From: Bacilli bacterium
Lineage (GTDB): Bacteria > Bacillota_I > Bacilli_A > RF39 > UBA660
Assembly: GCA_017511945.1 (NCBI GenBank)
Contig: JAFWHR010000003.1
Span: 1 to 58,824, forward strand
Direction: 5' to 3'
Length of the DNA: 58,824 nt
Under the pieces are notes generated by a model that saw nothing but the letters and a program-made list of their open reading frames with translations, did not search any database and was not told the origin of the DNA. Numbering within the stretch: the stretch's first letter is position 1; each line of letters starts with the position of its first letter. Positions 31,820 to 39,925 of the stretch are shown one piece after another. Position numbers and translations under genes: made by a program.

Positions 31820-33196
31820 ATGAAGATAGTAAAAGATATTAATCCTAGAATATTTAGAGAATATGATATAAGGGCAGTTTATAAAGAAGATTTAAATGAA
31901 GATGTTGCATATACAATTGGAAGAGCTTTTGGCAGTTATGTAAAGAGGAGGGGAGAAAGTAAAGTTTTAATCGGTCATGATAATAGATCTAGTCATTCTA
32001 CACTGTATCCTGGCTTGATGCAGGGAATACTTGATTCTGGAGTAAATGTACTTTCACTTGGATTAATTACCACACCGATGCATAACTATGCGAAAATGTA
32101 TTTTGATGTTAATGCAGCTGTGATGGTAACTGCAAGTCATAATCCGAAAGAGTATAATGGCTTTAAGTTATCTGTTAAAAAAGATGATTCTCTATTTGGT
32201 GATGAACTTAGAGATTTTAAATCTTTTCTTGATAAATATGATTTTGATCAGGGAATTGGTTGTGTTTATGAAGAAGATATTTTTCCGGCTTATATGCAAC
32301 TTTTAAAAAGGTCGCTTGACTTTGGTGAGAGGAAAGTTAAAGTTGTTGTCGACTGTGGAAATGGAACTGGAAGTGTATTTATAGAAAATATTTTAAAAAT
32401 GTTTAATGTTGAGTATGATTTACTCTACTGTGATAGTGATTCTAGTTTTCCTCATCACACGCCAGATCCTGCTGTTAGAGATAATATGAAAGATTTAGGA
32501 GATAGAGTTAAGAGTTTAGGGTATGATGTAGGTCTTGCAGTTGATGGTGACTGTGACAGGTGCGGAATGGTTTTAGATGATGGAACTTACGTTCCAGCTG
32601 ATATGATTATGCTTCTATTTTACCGTGATATCGCACCTAATATGAGAAATAGAAAAGGTGTGTTTGATGTTAAGTGTTCAAAGTCTTTGATAGATGAACT
32701 TGTACTACTTGGAATTGAACCTGTTATGAATAGAACCGGAGCAGTTTATGCGAGAAAATATGTTTTAGATAATAAATTGGATTTTGGGGGTGAGTATTCT
32801 GGTCATTTGTTTTTTACAGATAGATATTTAGGTTATGATGATGGAATTTATGGAATACTTAGAATTGCTGAATTGCTTTCAAAAAGTGATAGAAAAATAT
32901 CTGAAATGTTTAAAGGTATAAATGAGTACTATTCTACAGATGAGGTTAGTTTAAAAAGAGAAGTAACTGATGATAATAAATTTGAAATTGTAAATGACGT
33001 CATTGATTATGTTAAGGAAAAGGGTTATGAGTATAATTTAATTGATGGTATAAGAGTAACCTTTAAAGATGGCTGGGCACTTGTTAGAGCGAGTAATACA
33101 TCACCAAGTCTTACACTTAGATTTGAGGCGAAGAGCAAGAAGAGACTTAAGGAGATTGAAAGAGAATTTAAAAAAGTGCTTGATAGAGAGAAATAG
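31820..33196 (+). CDS. Phosphomannomutase/phosphoglucomutase
   Basis: FREYDIR, TASHNP, DGDCDR, GEYSGH, RASNT. Confidence 0.95.
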   Translation: MKIVKDINPRIFREYDIRAVYKEDLNEDVAYTIGRAFGSYVKRRGESKVLIGHDNRSSHSTLYPGLMQGILDSGVNVLSLGLITTPMHNYAKMYFDVNAAVMVTASHNPKEYNGFKLSVKKDDSLFGDELRDFKSFLDKYDFDQGIGCVYEEDIFPAYMQLLKRSLDFGERKVKVVVDCGNGTGSVFIENILKMFNVEYDLLYCDSDSSFPHHTPDPAVRDNMKDLGDRVKSLGYDVGLAVDGDCDRCGMVLDDGTYVPADMIMLLFYRDIAPNMRNRKGVFDVKCSKSLIDELVLLGIEPVMNRTGAVYARKYVLDNKLDFGGEYSGHLFFTDRYLGYDDGIYGILRIAELLSKSDRKISEMFKGINEYYSTDEVSLKREVTDDNKFEIVNDVIDYVKEKGYEYNLIDGIRVTFKDGWALVRASNTSPSLTLRFEAKSKKRLKEIEREFKKVLDREK

Positions 33197-33244
33197 TTTT
33201 CTCTCTATTTACTTATGAATATAAATATTATATAATTTATATGA

Positions 33245-33318
33245 GCCGCAATAGTATAATGGTATTACGAAGCAATGGTAATGCTTTAATGTAGGTCCGA
33301 TTCCTACTTGCGGCACCA
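33245..33318 (+). tRNA. tRNA-Thr(GGT), CCA encoded, atypical T-loop
   Basis: Acceptor GCCGCAA/TTGCGGC, anticodon arm AAGCA-ATGGTAA-TGCTT, T arm GTAGG-TCCGATT-CCTAC, ACCA end; TTTACT-N17-TATAAT promoter. Confidence 0.9.
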
Positions 33319-33357
33319 TTTGAAAAAATTGTCGCACTAAGCGATATTTATATGACT

Positions 33358-33385
33358 AAGTCAATCTGATATAATTGACTTTTTT
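33358..33385 (+). terminator. tRNA terminator
   Basis: AAGTCAAT...ATTGACTT plus T-run. Confidence 0.7.
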
Positions 33386-33398
33386 AATATAATAAATA

Positions 33399-33478
33399 TT
33401 GTTATTAATCTAAAAATATGGTAAAATCGAATTAGATTTAAGCAGTATTAGAATCTATAATTTTAATACTGTTTTTTT
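33399..33478 (+). promoter_or_regulatory. SigA-like promoter followed by a terminator-like leader hairpin
   Basis: TTGTTA-N17-TAAAAT with TG extension; GCAGTATTAGAA...TTTTAATACTGT plus T-run just before AAGGAG. Confidence 0.55.
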
Positions 33479-33487
33479 AGAAGGAGT

Positions 33488-34069
33488 ATGTTGTTAATGA
33501 AAAGAAAAATATTCTTAAGTTTTAGACCTGAATTTTTTAGACCTATTTTATATGATATAAAAAAATATGAATATCGAAAACGTTTTTGTAAAGAACCAAC
33601 AACTGCATATTTATATTTAAGTGCACCTGTGCAAGAAGTAATTGGAATTATGGAACTGGGGCAACCTTTATATATAAATGAAGAGATACTTAAATATAAT
33701 GAAAGTACTGACGTATATAAAAGACTTAAACAAAATTTGAAGAATGGAGAATTGTTTGCTATTCCGATTGAAAGTTTAAAATTATATAAAAAACCAATTC
33801 CGATTTCTAAAATAAAAGAATTGGAACCAAGTTTTTCAGTGCCACAGTGCTATTTAAATATTGAAAATTATCCAAAAGTATTTAACTATCTTAATAGTAG
33901 AGAAATGTATGATAGAGAATTCTATAATGATCATAAAAAGGTATATGAAAATAATCTTGGTATGAGTTGTAAGGAAATGGAGACCACGTTAGAATTTATC
34001 AAAAAAGATAAAGAATACTTAACGGATAAAAAATATGATATTATTAAAAGTGGTTATTTAAATAAGTAA
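33488..34069 (+). CDS. ASCH/PUA-like domain protein with C-terminal extension
   Basis: LSFRPEFFRPILYDIKKYEYRKR..AYLYLSAPVQEVIG..PQCY, typical ASCH pattern (GxKxxExR with G replaced by D). Confidence 0.8.
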   Translation: MLLMKRKIFLSFRPEFFRPILYDIKKYEYRKRFCKEPTTAYLYLSAPVQEVIGIMELGQPLYINEEILKYNESTDVYKRLKQNLKNGELFAIPIESLKLYKKPIPISKIKELEPSFSVPQCYLNIENYPKVFNYLNSREMYDREFYNDHKKVYENNLGMSCKEMETTLEFIKKDKEYLTDKKYDIIKSGYLNK

Positions 34070-34075
34070 GGAGGT

Positions 34076-35182
34076 ATGTTTGTGAAAAACGTATATTATC
34101 CATTAGCAGGAATGAATTATATAATTAATGATTTAGCCCAAATAATAGAAAACAAAATGAACGATAAAAAGGAAATTGTGTTATGGTTATCAGCTCAAGT
34201 AAATTGTTATCCCCATATAGGGACATTAACTAACTTTATTTCTGCATTTGCTTTAGCAAAACACTTCAAGGAATATTTTAATGTCCCTGTTAAAATAAAA
34301 GTTGAATTATTAGAAAGTGTAACTGGTGAAGAGCAAATAATAAATGGTCATAAATATTACAAAAATTTAGATAATGTTTTAACTGAAGATGGAATAAGTA
34401 TTAAAGAAAAATATTTACCTTATTTTAAAGATATTTTAAATAGATTGAGTGAAAAAGATAAAATTGATTATGAAATAAGATTCTTTTATGATTATCAAAA
34501 AGATCCATTAGTAAAGCAATCCTTAATAGAGGTTATGAATAACTATGAACTATTAAAATATACATTAGATCCTAAGGATGGGCAAATAAGATTAAGGTTT
34601 CCATGTCCAAAATGTGGACTTACGGAAAAACATTTGTTAAATACAAAAATAGAAGATATTTCTAATGAACATATTAAAATGAAATCAATTTGTCCGTACC
34701 ATGGAGAATATAGCATTAATATTGATAAGAATAGTACAGATTTGTTTGATATGAATGTGCCATTAAGATACTTAGTAAAAATATTATACTTATTAAAAAA
34801 AGATAAGGAAGAAAATTCATTAAACGTAATTGTTGATGGTGGTGATTGGTCTGGAATTTGGCCTCTTAGAGTGTATATGGAACCATTATTAAAATTAAAA
34901 CATTCTGATGTTCCTAGTATTATATATACACCAACTATATTAGATTGGTCTGGAAGTAAATTATCTAAAAGAATGTATGTAGGCAATCAAGCTTATAGAG
35001 AATACTTAAAAGAGGGGTTAATTAATTATTCCGAGTTTTATAATCAATATGGTGAAGTTGGATTTCAAAGATTATACAATGAAATTAATAATTGGATATT
35101 AGAACCAAAAAAATTTATTAGAGATTATACAATTGAGTACATGGATGCCATACTGAATGATGAAAAAATAAATATTTTATAG
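34076..35182 (+). CDS. Class I aminoacyl-tRNA synthetase-like protein (LysRS-I-like catalytic domain only)
   Basis: PHIGT (HIGH), CPKCG...CPYHG Zn ribbon, GxD, DWSGSKLSKR (KMSKS); 368 aa with no room for an anticodon domain. Confidence 0.75.
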   Translation: MFVKNVYYPLAGMNYIINDLAQIIENKMNDKKEIVLWLSAQVNCYPHIGTLTNFISAFALAKHFKEYFNVPVKIKVELLESVTGEEQIINGHKYYKNLDNVLTEDGISIKEKYLPYFKDILNRLSEKDKIDYEIRFFYDYQKDPLVKQSLIEVMNNYELLKYTLDPKDGQIRLRFPCPKCGLTEKHLLNTKIEDISNEHIKMKSICPYHGEYSINIDKNSTDLFDMNVPLRYLVKILYLLKKDKEENSLNVIVDGGDWSGIWPLRVYMEPLLKLKHSDVPSIIYTPTILDWSGSKLSKRMYVGNQAYREYLKEGLINYSEFYNQYGEVGFQRLYNEINNWILEPKKFIRDYTIEYMDAILNDEKINIL

Positions 35183-35252
35183 GAGTACATATAAAATTTA
35201 TTGTATTAATCAAAATATTATTTATTGCAGTAAAATTATGTTATAATTTAAT

Positions 35253-35396
35253 CAGTTAGTAATTATTACTAAAACTATTTGTGTCATAAAAGTTGTCGTA
35301 CTTCATCTTTTATGACACCATAATGGATAGAAATTCGGAAACATTTTCCGAATAATAATAAAGGTATAGTTAAAATTAAAACTATATTTTTTTTGC
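35253..35396 (+). ncRNA. Putative structured small RNA (four hairpins)
   Basis: TGnTATAAT at 35239-35247; hairpins TTAGTAAT/ATTACTAA, GTGTCATAAAAG/CTTTTATGACAC, ATTCGGAAA/TTTCCGAAT, TATAGTT/AACTATA plus T-run. Confidence 0.35.
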
Positions 35397-35500
35397 CATA
35401 CTAAATTTAAGATTTTTGTTAAAATAGGATTACTACTTTATTTTGTAACCTTTTATGTATTTTTTTGTTTGTGATGTAAATACTAAATTTGGTGATTTAT

Positions 35501-36886
35501 TTGAAAAGAGTTAGTATATGGAAAGATGGTAATTATAAAAAATTTTCAAAATTAGATGAGGATAAAGATGTAGATTTACTCATTATAGGTGGTGGAATAA
35601 CTGGTTCGAGCTTACTTTATCATTTAAAAAAATCTAATTTAAAAGTTTTACTTGCTGAACAAAATAGAGTAGGTTATTCAGTAACTGGTAGTTCAACAGG
35701 AAAATTAAACTTTTTACAAAATGATTTAATAGATAGTATAAGAAATAATTATAATGATGAAGTGGCTAGGTTATATTTGAAATCTCAGATGGATTCTATT
35801 AGAAAGATAGTTGAGGTGATTAATAAAGATAATATAGACTGCGACATAAAAAAAGTAAATAGTTATTTATATACTAATAAGGATAATGAGATAGATAAGA
35901 TAAAAGAGGTTAAAAAGTTTTTAAGTGAAAGCGGTATAGAAGTTTTTGATGGTAAAAGTGATTTAGTTAAAAGTAAATATATGATATATGTAGAAGGTAC
36001 TTATGTTTTTCACCCTATTAAGTTTATTCACGGCCTTATAGATGATTGTGATAATGTATACGAAAAAACAAGTATAAAAAAAATAGAAAAAAGGGGAGAA
36101 AAGTACATTTGTCATACAGGTCGTAATGTTATTAAAACTAAATATGTTGCAGTATGTAGTCATTATCCTTTTTTTAACATTCCATTTTTATTTCCCATTA
36201 AAGGCAGTTTGGAAAAATCTTATTTGAGCGCATGTAAAAGTAGAGTTAATCCCATTTCTTTAATAAGTTATTCTAAACCGTTTATATCTATTAGAACTCA
36301 TAAGAATTATCTGATATATTTAAGTAATTCTGACAGTTTAAATAAATGTACAGATGATAAGAAAAATTTTGGTGAACTATGTAAAAAGGTATCTGATTTA
36401 AATATTAATCCTGATTACCTTTGGAGTAACATAGATATAATGACTAACGACTGTCTTCCTTATATTGGAAAAATTAAAGATAATATGTTTATTGCGACAG
36501 GTTATAATACGTGGGGTCTTACTAATGGATTTTCGGCTGGAAGTATCATAAGTGATATACTTATGAACAGAGATAATGAATACGTTAAACTATTTAATCC
36601 TAAGAGGGTAAATGCTATTAAATATTTAAAAACTATAACTGATATTTATGAAAATATAAGTGGTTATGTTAAGGGATTTAATAGTTCTAATAAATCTATT
36701 AAAAAGTCTAAAGATGGTAAAAGCACCTTAAAGGTGCATGGTAGTAGTTTATCAAATAAGTGTCCGCATATGGGATGCGGTTTAATTTATAATTGTATAG
36801 AAAAAACTTTTGACTGTCCTTGTCATGGGTCAAGATTTGACATAAAGGGAAGATGTTTAAGTGGGCCTGCTAATAATGATATTTAG
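35501..36886 (+). CDS. YhfW-like FAD-dependent oxidoreductase with C-terminal Rieske domain
   Basis: IIGGGITG, TGYNTWG, CPHMGC...CPCHGSRF. Confidence 0.9.
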   Translation: MKRVSIWKDGNYKKFSKLDEDKDVDLLIIGGGITGSSLLYHLKKSNLKVLLAEQNRVGYSVTGSSTGKLNFLQNDLIDSIRNNYNDEVARLYLKSQMDSIRKIVEVINKDNIDCDIKKVNSYLYTNKDNEIDKIKEVKKFLSESGIEVFDGKSDLVKSKYMIYVEGTYVFHPIKFIHGLIDDCDNVYEKTSIKKIEKRGEKYICHTGRNVIKTKYVAVCSHYPFFNIPFLFPIKGSLEKSYLSACKSRVNPISLISYSKPFISIRTHKNYLIYLSNSDSLNKCTDDKKNFGELCKKVSDLNINPDYLWSNIDIMTNDCLPYIGKIKDNMFIATGYNTWGLTNGFSAGSIISDILMNRDNEYVKLFNPKRVNAIKYLKTITDIYENISGYVKGFNSSNKSIKKSKDGKSTLKVHGSSLSNKCPHMGCGLIYNCIEKTFDCPCHGSRFDIKGRCLSGPANNDI

Positions 36887-38946
36887 AGTATTATTCTAGT
36901 ATTTGTGTCTATTTTATCTTTGATATCTATATTTTTATAGTGAAGTACTCTATTATTTATGATAGGGAAGATATTTCCAAATTTATCTTTAATTTTAATG
37001 TCTTTTCCTTTTGTGTGGAAGTCTTTTAAAATCATGAGTTCTAACTTTCCTTTGACAATTATCTCTGTATTTTTTGTGTATTTTAGTATTTCATAGTTTG
37101 GTATTTCAGGAGATAGAGTAGTTAAAATTACGTTATATTTTTGAAGAAATAATACACTTTCACTATTGGCTATATTTAAAGAATAATCGGTTATTATTTT
37201 ATTATTTTTGTAGTATCTATTTAATGAACCTAGATCATTTATTAAAAGTCTTTCATCTTTGTAATCTGGAAATTTATTCATGATATTATCAAGTCTATAG
37301 TAGATGTTTAAGTGTTTATATTTTGTATATAGTTCATAATTATCTGTGTACATTATATTGCATTTATCTCTATATTTGATTATGTCTTTTTCATCTTTAA
37401 CAAATACGTTTATATTATGTGATTTGTAGTTTGTTTTAATCTTTTTATAATTAAAGTTAACTTTGTTTTTACATTCTACTCTCTTTTTTATAAGTTCATC
37501 TATAAGTGCATGTTTTAGTTCATTTAAGTATTTAAGAGGTATAAACACGTCTTCAATATCTATATTTATATTTTTAATTTTGAATGGAGTATTGTTTATT
37601 TTACTGAGTTTTTCTTTTAACATTTTTTTATCCATTTTTACATTTTTACTTCTATCTAAAATGATAGATTTTTTTATAATTTCATTTTTTCCATCATATA
37701 TTTTTAGTGTTAATTCTTTTCCAATATGTCCTTTTAAACTAAATGTTATATCCATTTTCTTTTGACTTGTTTCATCTATACTTTTAAGTAGTTTTCTATC
37801 TATGGTTTTATTAACTGCATCAATATGTTTTAAGCCAATCTTATTGTCGACGCTTATTATTTTATTTTTTAAAGCTTTATTTGTAAGTAGATTTTTATCA
37901 TCATATATTTTATTGACTATCATTCCTCTATTTGAATTTACAAATCTAATTCCATCTTCTAGATTTAGATCATCAGAAAGTTTTATAAAAATTTTTTTAT
38001 CAGTTACTTTTGTTACTTTTCCGAGAGGATATCCTAAGTGATTTGAGGAATTGGTATTATAGATGTTACTATTAAATAAGTATCCTTCTGTAAAATCTCT
38101 ATTAAACAGTTTAGAAAGATTAATCATTTCTTCTTTTTTAACTGTTATCTTTTTGTCTTTATAATATTCATCTATAAGTCTTCTATATACCTTTGTAACG
38201 TATCCAACGTATTCTTTGGATTTCATTCTTCCTTCAATTTTGAGACTTTGTACATTTGAAGATAGTATTTTACCTAGTTTATTTACAGTACATAATTCTT
38301 TAGTACTTAGAGGATACTTGTCTTTTAACTTTTTACCTTCTTTATAAAGTTCATAGGGAAGTCTACATGATCCTGTGCATCTTCCTCTGTTTCCACTTCT
38401 TCCACCATTTAGACTGCTAAATAGGCATCTTCCACTGTAACTTACACATAGTGCGCCGTGAATAAATATCTCTTTATCTATATCGGTTTTTAGATTATTT
38501 ATAGTATCTATATCCATCTCTCTTGCTAGAACAACTCTTTTGACTTTCATCTTTTTAAGTAGTTTTAGGCATTCGTCATTATGACAGTTAATTTGAGTAG
38601 ATGCATGTATTTCTAAATTTGGAATTAATTTTTTAGTAAGGCTAATCATTCCTATATCTTGCATGATAACGGCATCTACTCCTATTTCGTATAGATATTT
38701 TAGATAATCAAGACATGGCTCTATTTCATCTTCAAATACTATAGTATTTACGGCAACATACAGTTTTACATCATATAAGTGAGAGTAATCTACAGCTTTT
38801 TTTAACTCTTCTTTATTGAAGTTTTTCGCGTAAGCTCTCGCACTAAATTCTTCTCCTCCGACGTATATGGCATCTGCTCCACAGTTAATAGCCATTTTTA
38901 AAGTATCCATATCACCAGCAGGTGATAGTAGTTCTGGTTTTTTCAT
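36883..38946 (-). CDS. Long U32-family protein (RlhA-like RNA hydroxylase)
   Basis: PELLSPAG, HASTQ, HGALCVSYSGRC, NRGRCTGSCR, KIEGRMK. Confidence 0.9.
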   Translation of the reverse strand: MKKPELLSPAGDMDTLKMAINCGADAIYVGGEEFSARAYAKNFNKEELKKAVDYSHLYDVKLYVAVNTIVFEDEIEPCLDYLKYLYEIGVDAVIMQDIGMISLTKKLIPNLEIHASTQINCHNDECLKLLKKMKVKRVVLAREMDIDTINNLKTDIDKEIFIHGALCVSYSGRCLFSSLNGGRSGNRGRCTGSCRLPYELYKEGKKLKDKYPLSTKELCTVNKLGKILSSNVQSLKIEGRMKSKEYVGYVTKVYRRLIDEYYKDKKITVKKEEMINLSKLFNRDFTEGYLFNSNIYNTNSSNHLGYPLGKVTKVTDKKIFIKLSDDLNLEDGIRFVNSNRGMIVNKIYDDKNLLTNKALKNKIISVDNKIGLKHIDAVNKTIDRKLLKSIDETSQKKMDITFSLKGHIGKELTLKIYDGKNEIIKKSIILDRSKNVKMDKKMLKEKLSKINNTPFKIKNINIDIEDVFIPLKYLNELKHALIDELIKKRVECKNKVNFNYKKIKTNYKSHNINVFVKDEKDIIKYRDKCNIMYTDNYELYTKYKHLNIYYRLDNIMNKFPDYKDERLLINDLGSLNRYYKNNKIITDYSLNIANSESVLFLQKYNVILTTLSPEIPNYEILKYTKNTEIIVKGKLELMILKDFHTKGKDIKIKDKFGNIFPIINNRVLHYKNIDIKDKIDTNTRIIL

Positions 38947-39024
38947 ATGAAATTTCCTTTCTAAATTAATTATATCACATTGACTTTAAGTGTTAAATAA
39001 TTTATAATTTATATAGTATGAGGG

Positions 39025-39420
39025 GTGAAAAGTAAATTGAAAAAAGGTTTTACTTTAATTGAATTACTTACAGTTTTAGTTATATTAGGTTTAATAGGTA
39101 TGATTGCCTATCCGGTAGTTTTAGGTGTTTTAAATGATTCAAAACAAAGTGCCTATGATTCACAAGTAAAGCTAGTTCTAAAGGCTTCTAAAGAGTGGGG
39201 GATAGATCATATAACTGAACTTCCAGAGTGTGGTTCTGGTAGTAATAAAAGATTAGAACTTAATGATCTAATATCTGGAGGTTATATAAACGGGACGGTT
39301 ATAAATGGAAATGAAGTAATTGAAAACCCTAAGAAAAAGGGAAATAGTTTGAGTGGATATATAAGTATTACTTGCAGTTCAAACAAATATGAGTATAAAT
39401 ATATTTCTAATGGTGATTAG
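39025..39420 (+). CDS. Type IV pilin-like protein (class III signal peptide)
   Basis: KKG^FTLIELL prepilin motif; two Cys. Confidence 0.9.
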   Translation: MKSKLKKGFTLIELLTVLVILGLIGMIAYPVVLGVLNDSKQSAYDSQVKLVLKASKEWGIDHITELPECGSGSNKRLELNDLISGGYINGTVINGNEVIENPKKKGNSLSGYISITCSSNKYEYKYISNGD

Positions 39421-39463
39421 TTTACAAATTATTATAAATTAAGTATAATTATAAAAGAGGTGG

Positions 39464-39922
39464 ATGAGAGTGAAAAAGTTTTTAAAAAACAATAAACTTT
39501 TGGTTATAATAGGTGTTTTAATAGTAATTTTAATTTTATTTATAGTTTGGTTTTTTATAGTACCAAGTTTTAACGGAAATAAGTATGGGAATAGACTTAA
39601 GGAAGAGTCTAAACATAAGATTTCTTCGGAGACTATAGATAAAATTAAAGATAAGGCAGATGATAATGAAAGTGTAGATAAGATTGAATATCATAAGGAA
39701 GGAAGAATTCTTAATTTTACTGTTTACGTAAGTTCTAGTTTTACTCCTGATCAAGCTAAAGAATTTGGAAGCAGTTTAGTAGGTGAGATAGATGAGGATG
39801 ATAGAAAATACTACGATATTCAGATATTAATAGATTCAGATGAGAAGAGTGACAACTATCCGATTATAGGTTATAAGAGTAAAAATGAGGACAAGATCAA
39901 CTATGGAAATGTAGGTGGATAA
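39464..39922 (+). CDS. Membrane-anchored hypothetical protein
   Basis: N-terminal TM, KYGNRL motif. Confidence 0.75.
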   Translation: MRVKKFLKNNKLLVIIGVLIVILILFIVWFFIVPSFNGNKYGNRLKEESKHKISSETIDKIKDKADDNESVDKIEYHKEGRILNFTVYVSSSFTPDQAKEFGSSLVGEIDEDDRKYYDIQILIDSDEKSDNYPIIGYKSKNEDKINYGNVGG

Positions 39923-39925
39923 TTT

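Noticed and set aside
35183-35480. Clear attR duplication of the tRNA-Thr 3' end
   Set aside because: Only CACCAT is shared and no integrase is present, so site-specific integration is not supported
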